From the IMG/VR virus record IMGVR_UViG_3300024290_000003, positions 2,163-66,162 of that record: 64,000 nucleotides of DNA. The stretch is one strand, 5' to 3'. Positions 27,713 to 38,176 of the stretch are shown piece by piece; within the stretch, counting starts at the first letter, position 1, and every line of letters begins with the position of its first letter. The stretch comes from a virus. Its lineage: Duplodnaviria; Caudoviricetes. Position numbers and translations under genes: made by a program. Below the pieces are notes generated by a model. It saw only the letters and a list, made by a program, of their open reading frames with translations, searched no databases and was not told the DNA's origin.

Positions 27713-27960
27713 TTGAAAGATGCCAAGCCTACGATAAGGGACGCCATTGCAGGAAAAGCAAGAACCTGACGCGCTGTCGAATAACCATTCATCGTGAGCC
27801 AAGTTTTAACGCCAAGTTACCCGAAGGGGCAATTATTCTTCTTTGTCCCGACCATTTGCGGCTTTCTCAGCTTGAGGCATTGGTTATGCAGGATAGCCCA
27901 AAAGTGCGGTCAGCTGAACAGCAGCGCATCGCGGGCAAGCCAGAGGGCGGTGTGCAGTGA
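27709..27960 (+). CDS. Small Cys/His protein (cassette 1)
   Basis: Ends IAGKPEGGVQ. Confidence 0.6.
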   Translation: MIERCQAYDKGRHCRKSKNLTRCRITIHREPSFNAKLPEGAIILLCPDHLRLSQLEALVMQDSPKVRSAEQQRIAGKPEGGVQ

Positions 27961-28283
27961 TCGCCCAAGCCGTGTTGATTGAAGGTGCGGACGATGTTTA
28001 TGTCCTTGACGGTTATGTCAACAAGATAACCAAGCTGCGTCGAAAGACATGGCTGGCCCGTAGCGGTATCCGCTCTTCGGTATACGAAAAGGACGCCGCG
28101 TTTGAAACATACGAGGAGGCCTGTGTCGCTCTTATAAATAGAGCCGAGCAAGTGGTCGCATCAAAGGAAGTGGAATTGGACAAAGCCAGGGAGCGTCTTA
28201 GGAGACTCCGCAAGCGTTTCCAGTTACCGGAGGGAGTGGCGCTTGACGGAATCGCGGGCAAGGCAGCGGGCGGTGTCCAGTGA
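27957..28283 (+). CDS. Hypothetical protein (cassette 2)
   Basis: Ends IAGKAAGGVQ. Confidence 0.6.
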   Translation: MIAQAVLIEGADDVYVLDGYVNKITKLRRKTWLARSGIRSSVYEKDAAFETYEEACVALINRAEQVVASKEVELDKARERLRRLRKRFQLPEGVALDGIAGKAAGGVQ

Positions 28284-28849
28284 AGGGGCATATTCGCAAA
28301 GCCATCGTTTTAACGCATGAGCGCACCGCTCGAACTAGAGACGGCGGCGGATTCCACAGAAAGGCTAGTCTTGGCGAGGCTAATCCGATGTCTCGCCTAA
28401 GTGCCGTCGATGTTGCTGAGATTCGCGCATCCTTCGCCGCTGGTCATGATGTCAAAGTCATTGCCGCGAAGTATAATCTCAAACTTCAGTATTGCCGCGA
28501 GATCATCAGCGGAAAGTACTGGCGTCACGTTCCTGGGATTCCGAGCAGCGTGGCTATCCTTCCAAAGCGCTTGCATTTGGGCTGCGATCCGATGTGCGGA
28601 GAGTGCGTGGCGGTGCAGGAGGCATTCAACGACAAGATGGAGGTCTACGTTGAGAAGGCCAGGCGCTCGTTCTGGAAAGAAATGCGCCGTTTGCTTCCCG
28701 GTATGTTCGCTGCCGAATATCCTAAATGGCTTGATCTTGAAGTTAAGGAATTTAACGTTCGCACGCTTGAGATCGCAGCCGATTGGGCTTTTGAAGTTTG
28801 GAACCAGGGTGTGCCCATCGCGGGCAAGCCAGAGGGAGGGGCGCGGTGA
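28280..28849 (+). CDS. Protein with HNH-associated HTH-like module (cassette 3)
   Basis: GEANPMSRLSAVDVAEIR...IAAKYNL...IISGKYWRHV; ends IAGKPEGGAR. Confidence 0.6.
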   Translation: MKGHIRKAIVLTHERTARTRDGGGFHRKASLGEANPMSRLSAVDVAEIRASFAAGHDVKVIAAKYNLKLQYCREIISGKYWRHVPGIPSSVAILPKRLHLGCDPMCGECVAVQEAFNDKMEVYVEKARRSFWKEMRRLLPGMFAAEYPKWLDLEVKEFNVRTLEIAADWAFEVWNQGVPIAGKPEGGAR

Positions 28850-29366
28850 GCGAGAAGTTGAGCGATCGTAGCGTAGAGGCTCTAGGCGAAATCGTCGGGG
28901 CGTTGAATGAATATGCCGACCAGGTTGAAGCGCTGGAGCAGAAGCTGGCCGAGCGCGATGCGCTGATAGAGCGGATGGTGGATAGTCTCCGTAACGTGCT
29001 CGCGGATTGCGCTCTTTACAAGCCGGAGATATGGACCGCTCGCATGGACGATGCCACGGCACTATTGCGAGAGATGGATTGCGTACCACTCGCCGCGACC
29101 GAGCAGGCCGCGCCGGAAGGGGCGCTAACCGAGGGAGGGGCGCGGTGAGAACCGAAGCAGAAGTCCGGGCAATGGTTGGTAGGTTTGAACGATTCAACGA
29201 TAAACATCTGCAACGGATTTGTTCTGGAGTAACAGAAGAAGACTGCGGGGAAGTGGCTGTCGTGTTCAATTCAAACTCCTCGATGCTGTGCGCTCTTAGA
29301 TGGGTCTTGGGCGAAGACACTATTTCGGTGCAGCAAAATGCCTCCGCCAAAGTCGGACCGGCATGA
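28846..29366 (+). other. Two small ORFs (28846-29148 coiled coil; 29145-29366)
   Basis: GTGA coupling. Confidence 0.55.
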
Positions 29367-29551
29367 GATTCGCGCATGGATTGTCCGGTAAGTGAGAACT
29401 GGCCAGTGTTAAGTGGTTTAGTTTGCTACCACGCGCATAATTGGCAGAAGTAAGCGGGGGCCTAGATTACACAGGGCCGGGGTAGTTAAGTTGTTGAGTT
29501 TGTGAAGAACCGTTTGGGCGCTTTTTGGGCGCTGGAAAGGCGAAAGGCTGC
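29367..29551. other. Candidate attP
   Basis: Only sizeable non-coding gap downstream of int; GTTAAGTGGTT/GTTAAGTTGTT and tandem TTTGGGCGCT arm-like repeats. Confidence 0.45.
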
Positions 29552-30487
29552 ATGAATTGGGCGTTGATGGACGGCGATGCACTCACGGTTTTACGAACGC
29601 TGGAGAGCGACAGCATCGACTGCTGTGTGACATCGCCGCCGTACTGGGGCTTGCGCGATTACGGGGTGCCTGGACAGCTCGGCCTCGAGCGCACGCCTGA
29701 GGAGTACGTCGCCCGCATGGTGGAAGTGTTCCGCGAAGTGCGGCGGGTGATTCGTGGAACGCTGTGGCTCAACATCGGGGATTCGTATGCGGGATCGAGC
29801 ATGACGGGCGGAGGTAAAAGCCTCGAAACCAATCAGCACTTAGATCGGATGTTTAAGAAACCAAAGCAGGAAGTAAATGCCAAGCCCAAAGACCTCGTAG
29901 GCGTGCCATGGATGCTGGCCTTCGCGCTCCGCTCCGATGGCTGGTACCTGCGCTCCGAGATCATCTGGGCGAAGCCGAACCCGATGCCGGAGAGCGTTAC
30001 GGATCGCCCGACCAAGGCGCATGAGCAGATATTCCTGCTGGCCAAGAGCGAGCGGTATTTTTACAACGCCGATGCGATTCGGGAGGCCGACTCATGTCAG
30101 CAACACCATCGGAATGTGCTCAACGGAGCACCGAGTTTAGAACCATCGGGCGGACTTCGTAATGCCCACGGTGGGTTATGGGGTACTCCAGAAAAGAATG
30201 GATCCGGGCGCAACAAGCGCTCCGTCTGGACCGTCGCCACGCAGCCGACGCCAGAAGCGCACTTTGCCACCTATCCGATTGCGCTGATTGAACCGTGCAT
30301 CCTGGCAGGATCGCCGGAAAGCGGTAGCGTGCTAGACCCATTCGCGGGTGCCGGGACAACGGGACTGGCGGCACTTAAGCACGGGCGCACCTTCGTGGGG
30401 ATCGAACTGAACCCGAAGTACATCGACATCGCCAATCAACGCGCCTACGAGAAGATGCCGCTATTGGCGGCAGAGGCAACCGTATGA
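29552..30487 (+). CDS. DNA methyltransferase, N4-C/N6-A beta class
   Basis: VTSPPYW catalytic motif before VLDPFAGAGTT SAM motif. Confidence 0.92.
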   Translation: MNWALMDGDALTVLRTLESDSIDCCVTSPPYWGLRDYGVPGQLGLERTPEEYVARMVEVFREVRRVIRGTLWLNIGDSYAGSSMTGGGKSLETNQHLDRMFKKPKQEVNAKPKDLVGVPWMLAFALRSDGWYLRSEIIWAKPNPMPESVTDRPTKAHEQIFLLAKSERYFYNADAIREADSCQQHHRNVLNGAPSLEPSGGLRNAHGGLWGTPEKNGSGRNKRSVWTVATQPTPEAHFATYPIALIEPCILAGSPESGSVLDPFAGAGTTGLAALKHGRTFVGIELNPKYIDIANQRAYEKMPLLAAEATV

Positions 30488-33320
30488 CCGCCGCCGCGTT
30501 CATCGCCGAACTCGAAGCCGCGCTGAAGGAGACGCCGGGTGCGCAGGCCGTTTGCGTCGGACAGCTACAGATGGCGAAGGCGATCGCGCTGCTGCGGGCG
30601 GGGGAGGCGATGTCGGATTCCGGACCATACCACGTAAGTCGCTTGTCTGCTTGGTCCGCGTGGGACGAAGCAGCCGCCATGTCAACTGAGTGGCGCGAGG
30701 TGCCGCGATGAACTGGAGACCTATCAAGTGCGGTTTCTGTGGGCTAGAAACCAACAATTCCGACAAGCTTTGCAACACCTGTTGGGAAGTCATAAAGCGG
30801 CTTAAGGGAATGCCCCCGGCAGTAGTCAATAAGATCCTGATCTACTGCGGACACACCCCGGTTATTGAGGCGCCGCGATGAACGAGGCCCGCTACGTGGT
30901 CGGTCTGCCGGAAGGTGGCATGAAAATCGTGATCGTTCCAAACGAACTGCGGGATGCCATCAACGCGCACCTTGACGCCGCGATAGCCCGAGCGCCCGGA
31001 GCGGAGATGGACCGCGAGTACTTCTATTCGGTGCTGCTCGCATTCTTCGATGAGAACGGCTACCTGCCGGATTTCACGCTAGAGAAATTCAAGACAGTCA
31101 TGACCATCACCGATCTGCTCACCGAAATCGACCGCATGATCGCGGAGAACAATGACCCGGCGGCACTCGCCAACTTGGGCGCGGTCCTCCAGGTGAGGGG
31201 CGATGAGGCCATCCGCAAGGCCGTGGAGATTGTGCTGAAGAAGGGAGGGCGAGCCGCATGAGTTTGAGTTCTGGAGTCATCTCAACACACGACGTTCCGC
31301 AACCCTGGAGTGTTTGTAAGGCCTGCGGTTCAAGAATGAAAACGATGCCAGCCAATTACGGAGATCAGCATCGTTGTGGACCTTACGAATGGGCTGAAAG
31401 AACGAATGCGTTGCTGGAGCGGTTGATTGATATCGCTGTGGCCTTCGATGAAGCACGCAGGGGATTGCGATGACCACGATTCGCGGCACACGGCCCCGGC
31501 GCGTACCGACGTGGCTGATCCTGCTGTTCGACGCGGTGGCTCTGGTAGCTGTACTGTTCATGGCGGGCGCGTTCGGCGATGTCGGCGCGAGATTGGCGGG
31601 TGGACGATGAGCTTTACGCCGGGACCGTGGAAAGCAGTGCCGCTTGCCTCGGGAATAACCATACAGACCGACCCAGTTGATCTTCGGCGCAGTGGTATCG
31701 CAGAAGTTCGTCTTTGGCCGGGGAACGAAATAGCTAAGGGTAACGCCAGACTGATCGCCGCCGCTCCAGATCTACTGGAAGCGTGCAAAGCGGGTCGCCA
31801 GAAGCTCGTCACTTACGTTTCGGTTTACTCGGGAGATAAGGAATTGCGAAAGCTCCTGGACATGTGGGATGCCGCCATCGCCAGAGCCGAGGGCCGCACA
31901 TGACCGAGCTCCGCAACACGACCGTGCAGGTGAGCGCAGAGGGCACCATCATCATCCGCATCCGCGAGACGGGCCGGGTGCTCACGATCACGCGGAAGCT
32001 GGCGAATACCGAGATGGTCGCGCTGGAGACAATGCTGGCGCGGCAGGCGGATAAGGGGGCGGCTTAGATGAAAAAAGAACCAACTGAGAAAGTTATCGAG
32101 ACTTCAACCATTCGGCTCAGTGCCGATGAGACCCGCACCATTATGCGGGCTTCAATTAAAGGCAACTGTAGCAATGATTGGCGATGTTCCAGTCTCGTTG
32201 GCATGGGAATAATGCGCAAGGTACGTTCGACGCCCGATGAGTCTGTTGATAAAAAGCGAGAAGAGTTATGGAACAGAATATCGAAGGCCGTAGAAAAGCG
32301 AAATCGGACAGCGCTCGATTCTGCATCCAGCGAATTGGGCAAACTGGACAGGGACAAAGAGGCATACGTCTACGTGCTCACTGATATCGGAAAGCAAATA
32401 GCGCGTGGGATCACCGTGCGACTAAACGGACAATACGCATGACCGACGAACAGCGGCATCGCCTCGACATCGCCGAAGCCTACGCGCATCTGTTCTGGGC
32501 GCGTGCGCTGAACCCTGGCGTGGCGCGGGATGCGTTCGTCCGTGAAGCGAGAGCAGAAATTCGCCGGCTGAACCCGCCGGATGACGAGGAGAGCGAGTTG
32601 GAAGCGCGGCGCCGTCCGTGGCGCGGAGGAATGGTCGCGTGACGTCTGTCGAGCGTGCCGCGCATCTCTACGGGTGCTTCTATTCGTGGAAGGCTGCGGA
32701 AATCTGCAAAGAGGAAGGCATCTCAGCCGCGGACATGAAACGCGGTTACGAATTGTACCAAGCACGGCGAGATCAGCAGCTATTCGATGCGCGGTACTAC
32801 GGTTCGCCGGAGTACGGTCGTATCACGTTAGATGAAGCTGGACTCGCGGAGGCAGTGCACGAAGAGGAGAGATTATGCCAGCAACACAAGAAGCAATAGC
32901 GGCGGCGCTCGCCGAAGAGTCGCCGTGGAGTGATGGAGTGAAGTCGCTCATCAGGTGGCAATTCGAGTTGCATAGCGATTTCAAAACCGCGCTCTGGAAT
33001 GCGATTAAGACAGCGGACCAAGAGAACCTGTTGCGGCTGTCTTACGGGTTCCCGGAGGAAGTCAAGGCGTTCATCCACTGGAATTCCGGGGATCTCGGAG
33101 AGCAACTGCGTAAGTCAGGACTGGAGATATAACAATGTCGCGTAAAGCGCAATCAATCGAAGAAACAATCGGCGGCTATTTCGCCACGGCTACCGCTGAA
33201 CAGTGTCGCCAGATGATGCTGATGGCTCGCGGAATCATGAACGCGCGGTTCCCGAAGCAACCGGCGACGCGCAAGCCGCGCAAGAAGGGGGAGCCAAATG
33301 TCAGCGCAGCCGCAAACTAG
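30484..33320 (+). other. Run of about 12 small coupled early ORFs, including a TPGPW...NARLIAAAPDLLEA protein (31607-31903)
   Basis: Continuous start/stop overlaps; common phage early motif. Confidence 0.6.
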
Positions 33321-34299
33321 TCAGCGTATCCCGGCTATTGATTATCACGCCGCTCCAGGTCTATCGAATAGCGCTCTCGCTGACTTGGCTGTTTCGCCGC
33401 TGCGGTTCTGGCACTTGCATGTGAATCCCAACCGACCAGGGGAGGAATCCACGCCCTACCTGCAATTCGGAAGCGCCTTGCACACTGCTGTCTTGGAGCC
33501 CGATGAATTCGAGAAACGATATGCCTGCAAACTCGACCCAACGCTATACCCGAATTTGCTGGATACGATGGACGATCTGAAGGCGTGGCTCACGGAGCAT
33601 GGGATGCAGACCAGCGCCAAGCGAAAGCGAGAACTGGTGGATCGCGTACACGCCAAAGACCCAGACGTCCCTATTCTTGAACTGCTGAAAGAAGCGCACG
33701 ATGCAAAGCACGAGGGCAAGATTCAGTTTACCGTGGAGGACTGGATGCGGATCGGAGGTGCCGCTCACTCGCTCAGGAGTGAGCCCAAGGTAGCCGAGAT
33801 ACTGACAAATGGCGATGCGGAAGTGTCTTGCTTTGTCACCGACCCAGAGACGGGTGTACCGCTCAAGGCTCGGTTCGATTGGGTAACTCCCAAATGCACG
33901 CTAGACCTTAAGACCTTTTCTCAGCAACGATCCAAGACAATCGACAAGACTATCGCCGATGCTATTTGGTACGAGCGTTACTACATTCAGGCCTACTTTT
34001 ATAGCTTGGTGCGGGCAATCTCAAGCGGAGACACGACTGCCGCAGGTCCGCAAAAGGCACCAGAGTTCATCATGGCATTCGTTGAAAGCGAAGAGCCGCA
34101 CGAAGTTCGCATACGATCCTTTCGCCCGAAGGTGGCTGGCGAAATTAATCTGTTCTGGCAACGAGCGCGAATTGAGGTTCACGAGCTGATTCGACTGTAT
34201 GCAGATTGCTTAGATCGATTCGGGGATAAGCCGTGGCGCGATCCACGCGATGTAGATCCACTGGAAGATCACGAGTTGCCGGCATTGTTAGCGAGTTGA
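33298..34299 (+). CDS. RecE/DUF3799-like PD-(D/E)xK exonuclease
   Basis: YHAAPGLSNS, FGSALHTAVLEP, KARFDW, DLKT, YYIQAYFY. Confidence 0.85.
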   Translation: MSAQPQTSQRIPAIDYHAAPGLSNSALADLAVSPLRFWHLHVNPNRPGEESTPYLQFGSALHTAVLEPDEFEKRYACKLDPTLYPNLLDTMDDLKAWLTEHGMQTSAKRKRELVDRVHAKDPDVPILELLKEAHDAKHEGKIQFTVEDWMRIGGAAHSLRSEPKVAEILTNGDAEVSCFVTDPETGVPLKARFDWVTPKCTLDLKTFSQQRSKTIDKTIADAIWYERYYIQAYFYSLVRAISSGDTTAAGPQKAPEFIMAFVESEEPHEVRIRSFRPKVAGEINLFWQRARIEVHELIRLYADCLDRFGDKPWRDPRDVDPLEDHELPALLAS

Positions 34300-34305
34300 A
34301 ACCCT

Positions 34306-35316
34306 ATGGCATTCATTAAAGCTGTTCGACAAACCGTTCCGATGCTCATCAGCTTGTCTGGTACAAGCGGCAGCGGGAAGACCATGAGTGGGCTGCTGTT
34401 GGCCGCTGGCTTGGCTGGAACAAACGGACGCATCGGCATGATAGACGCCGAGAACAAGCGCGGCAGTCTCTACGCGGATGATCCGTTGGTTACGTCCGCA
34501 CTTCCGCAAGGCTACGAGATCGAGGAAATCTCCGCTCCGTATACCCCAAAGAAATACATAGATCGCATCACCGAGGCCGAGAAGTCAGGCATCTCCGTGT
34601 GCATCATTGACAGCACATCGCACGAGTGGGAAGGCGAGGGCGGATGCTGCGACATAGCGGAAAACAACAAATTGCGAGGCATGCCGAACTGGGCAATGGC
34701 AAAGCGCGAGCACAAGAAGTTCCTGGCTTATTGCCTGTCTTCCAACATGCATATCATCTTCTGCCTGCGTGCTAGGGAAAAGATCAAGATCGTAAAGGTC
34801 AATAACAAGGAAGAGATCGTACCGATCGGCATCCAGCCTATTGCCGAAAAGAACTTCGTATTTGAAATGCTGCTATCTCTGCAATTCGACGAGGCGACGC
34901 ATTATGCACGCGGCATTAAAGTTCCGAAGATGCTCGTGGACGTGTTCCCTGGCGACCGGATGATTACGAAGGCCGACGGCGAAAGGATGCGGATCTGGAA
35001 CGAAACTGGTGCCACTGCAGAACCAAACGAGCAACTGAAGAAGCGAGCTCGTTCGTCAGCAGAACAAGGCATGGCGACCTACACGGCGTTCTTTGCGGAA
35101 TTGAGCACTCAGCAAAAAAAGGTCATCCGAGATTCGGTTCACGATGAACTTAAGGCAATCGCGGCATCCGCGGATAAGTCCGACGCCCCTCAGGAAGTCT
35201 CGGAGTTGCCTGATCCATTTGAGTTTAGTCCAGGCCACAGGCTCGTTTGTAAAGGCGTGCTTTACGAGGCTAATAGCGACCTGACGTCTTGGACTAAGGT
35301 TGAGCACGCAGCATAA
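34306..35316 (+). CDS. AAA-family ATPase (Sak4-like recombination partner)
   Basis: Walker A GTSGSGKT; IIDSTSHEWEGEGG; follows the exonuclease. Confidence 0.8.
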   Translation: MAFIKAVRQTVPMLISLSGTSGSGKTMSGLLLAAGLAGTNGRIGMIDAENKRGSLYADDPLVTSALPQGYEIEEISAPYTPKKYIDRITEAEKSGISVCIIDSTSHEWEGEGGCCDIAENNKLRGMPNWAMAKREHKKFLAYCLSSNMHIIFCLRAREKIKIVKVNNKEEIVPIGIQPIAEKNFVFEMLLSLQFDEATHYARGIKVPKMLVDVFPGDRMITKADGERMRIWNETGATAEPNEQLKKRARSSAEQGMATYTAFFAELSTQQKKVIRDSVHDELKAIAASADKSDAPQEVSELPDPFEFSPGHRLVCKGVLYEANSDLTSWTKVEHAA

Positions 35317-35736
35317 ACGGCCCGCCGAGCCAATCGGCAGAAAGGAAAACCCGTATCGCGTAAAGCCAATAGCAAGGTTCGTACCGCGAGATGTTGAAAT
35401 TCCCTGATTAGCCTTCGCGAGGAGGCCGATCAGGTAGGCTGCCGCGAAATGGAGGCATCACGACCGACTCCCGTTCGGTTGCTCCAAACGGCGACAGCCG
35501 ACCTGATCGAAAGGTCACGGTTTGCTGGCGGGGGAGCCACGGTTCCCTGACACCTCGGTTCACGGGCGATGATCCACGCCAGCAGTGAGATTGGATTCGT
35601 CGCGCGGCTGTCATGCGCGTGGCGACGGCTGGCGTCGGCGAGATACGCGCCGAGGGATGCGGACCAGACGATGGATACCGTACCCAGTACCCGCAAGGGA
35701 AAAGGCACCTTGCCACGACGGTGGCACGCCAGCCTG
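35317..35736 (+). ncRNA. Candidate large structured RNA (strand inferred from operon)
   Basis: ~420 nt without a credible coupled gene; nested stems TGCTGGCG/CGCCAGCA and GGCTGGCGT/ACGCCAGCC enclosing several hairpins. Confidence 0.55.
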
Positions 35737-35756
35737 AGTTTGAAGAAAGGAAGCAA

Positions 35757-36245
35757 ATGCAGCCAACCGATACAACACAGACCGTACAAGTTTCAGAGGA
35801 ACTGGTGCAGTCAGTAATTGATAACTACAAACGCCAAGCAGCGACTCACAACGCTCATGTAGACGTGATTTGGAAAGATATGTGGGATTCGGTGTACGAC
35901 TCCCGCTCGCGGGGATTCCATGCACCTGACCCGCCGCAGCAATTCTACTGGGTTGCCAATGAACCGCTGCTGCGCCAGATCGCAGGCATGATCGGAGGGA
36001 TTCCTGGCGTCGATCCATTCATCGACATACCTGCGCCTCCGATTCCGCCGCCTGCGGTGGCTCACCCGAGCATTCTAGTCACAACCGAGCCATCTCTGAT
36101 CCCTGGCTCATTCTTGGCTCAAGGCGATAGCCCATCGGTGCCAGAGGGCGCGAGGGCACCGGACGCCAGCGGCAGGATCTACCAGAAGAAGGTGTTCCTG
36201 CATACGCCGTGGACGACAATCGCGGGCTGGATACCGATAGCGTAG
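35757..36245 (+). CDS. Pro-rich hypothetical protein
   Basis: GAAAGGAAG RBS before MQPTDTT. Confidence 0.6.
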   Translation: MQPTDTTQTVQVSEELVQSVIDNYKRQAATHNAHVDVIWKDMWDSVYDSRSRGFHAPDPPQQFYWVANEPLLRQIAGMIGGIPGVDPFIDIPAPPIPPPAVAHPSILVTTEPSLIPGSFLAQGDSPSVPEGARAPDASGRIYQKKVFLHTPWTTIAGWIPIA

Positions 36246-36332
36246 CGACTTTCGGCAGCGCCGGGAGCGTTGCTACAGGCGTTTCCCGCTGCCGGGACTG
36301 GGCCGGTGTTGTGCTAAAGGGGGCATCGGCCC

Positions 36333-36912
36333 ATGAAAGGACTTATGGACAATAGCGAACAACTCAGCCCAATGGACCGGCTCGCCGTGGGCCTGCTGAT
36401 AGAATCCGCCGCGCCGGATCGCGACCGCCTGATCCACGCGCAAGCGGATTTGGCACACAGCCTCTACGCCGAGCGCACGGAGTGGCGTACCCAGGCGCTG
36501 CGCAATCAGTGGGGCGCCGCGCTACTCGGCTGCACGGTCGGCGTCATTGGGTCGGTGCTGCTGATGGTGCTGTGCGGAGGAATCCGATGACGCTGGAACG
36601 CTCACGGCGGTTCGTCATTGTGCGGGCCGCCATTCTCTCGGGAGGCAGATGACAAAGGGCGAATCAATCTTAGCAAGCAGGCTTCTGGATCAAGCCTCCG
36701 TAGAGTTCCATGAACACGGCTGTAACGACATGGACCCTGAGTACTTTGAGGATTTGGAGCCGGAAGACATCCTGCAGTTGGTCGATGGATACAACGAATG
36801 GCGCAGCGGTGGATGTGGTGGTGAAAATTGGGAGCCAGTAACTATCAGGAATATCGGTGATGACGAGTGGATGGCCTATCTAGCACACGTCATCGGGAGA
36901 CGTGCCGCGTGA
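36333..36912 (+). other. Small ORFs (36333-36590 with C-terminal TM; 36649-36912 acidic)
   Basis: RBS and coupling. Confidence 0.5.
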
Positions 36913-37039
36913 CCATCGCCCTATCGCTGGCCATCCTGTGCGCCGCCGCTGCCCTGGCTTGGGTCTGGTGGACGCGCGACCGCGACCTGCTGCGGAATTC
37001 GCGGAGCCAGGCGCTGCGGAAGCTGCTGGAGAAGGCGCA

Positions 37040-37780
37040 ATGAAGCCGCTGGCTTTGGATCTCTTCTGTGGTGCTGGTGGGGCAACCAAGGGACTGCAAT
37101 GTGCTGGCTTCCACGTAACGGGAGTGGATATCCGGCCACAGCCTAAGTACTGCGGAGATCTGTTCTACGAGGCCGATGCGATGACGTTTCCACTCGATGG
37201 CTATGACTTCATCTGGGCGAGTCCGCCCTGCCAGGCACACACGACCATGAAGTCGATGTGGAACGCCAAGGACCATGCAGACCTGATCCCAGCAACGCGC
37301 ACACGACTTATTTCATCGGGTCTTCCGTGGACGATGGAAAACGTTCCCGGATCTACTCTGATGGACGGCGGGTTCTTTCTATGTGGGTCAATGTTTGGAC
37401 TTGGAGTTGAAGTCTATGACGGCTGGCGGCAATTGCGAAGGCATCGGTGGTTCGAGTCCACCATTCACGTGCTGGTCCCACCATGCCGTCATAACGGCCC
37501 GACGATAGGATTCTACGGAGATCACGCCCGCGACCGGCGGCGGAAAGCTGGAGTCAGGGACAGGGGTCTCGACTTTCCCGATGCGGATAAGTTGGAACTC
37601 GGCCGCAAGGCGATGGACATGCCGTGGTCTGACTGGGCTGGCATCTCGCAAGCGATCCCGCCAGCTTATTCCGAATTCATCGGCAGGCAGGTTATGGAGC
37701 TTTTGGAGCACTCGGCTGACAGGCAGCAGCAACGGCGCGAGAAGCGCGAGGCCGAGCTGCGGGAGTTGGTGACGCTGTGA
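37040..37780 (+). CDS. DNA cytosine-C5 methyltransferase (short phage type)
   Basis: LDLFCGAGG, WASPPCQ, MENV, SQAIPPAY. Confidence 0.88.
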   Translation: MKPLALDLFCGAGGATKGLQCAGFHVTGVDIRPQPKYCGDLFYEADAMTFPLDGYDFIWASPPCQAHTTMKSMWNAKDHADLIPATRTRLISSGLPWTMENVPGSTLMDGGFFLCGSMFGLGVEVYDGWRQLRRHRWFESTIHVLVPPCRHNGPTIGFYGDHARDRRRKAGVRDRGLDFPDADKLELGRKAMDMPWSDWAGISQAIPPAYSEFIGRQVMELLEHSADRQQQRREKREAELRELVTL

Positions 37781-38176
37781 AACGCCACTGGAGACGTGAG
37801 GGGGAATTTTATCGCCTAATCGATTCCCATGGATGGATACGGGCGATTATCTACTTTGAAATCGAGTGGCAGGGCCTCGGTCCGCTAGGCACTGGCAAAG
37901 TGCAACAGTACAACGATACCCAGAAGCGCCGGCTGATGCGCAGTATGGAAGCGATGCTGACGAAATGGGAGCGGTTGTGAGTGTGACCCGCCACGTAGTA
38001 GTCAATTTCTTCACAACACCGGAAGAGTTGCGCAAACTCGCTGATGAGATGGAAGCCTTCTGGCCCACTTGTCAGCCTGGGCAGGACAAAACTTCATCTG
38101 TGGTGTGGGGAAAGGACACGGTGCTGCACATTGTTGTGGATCAGGACCGCATAAAGACTCCTGGATGGGGCGAGCG

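Larger units (their letters stand above)
27680..29148 (+). repeat. Five imperfect junction repeats (four of 33 bp, one partial) ending consecutive genes
   Basis: ATYGCGGG..GGNGGTGTGCAGTGA-like at 27680, 27928, 28251, 28817; partial at 29131. Confidence 0.85.

Noticed and set aside
27680-29148. CRISPR array interpretation of the 33-bp repeats
   Set aside because: Intervals are 250-570 bp coding genes, repeats are degenerate, and no cas genes are present.
29429-29460. CGCGCATAAT resembling the XerC arm of a dif site
   Set aside because: No TTATGTTAAAT-like XerD arm at the right spacing, and the phage has its own integrase.
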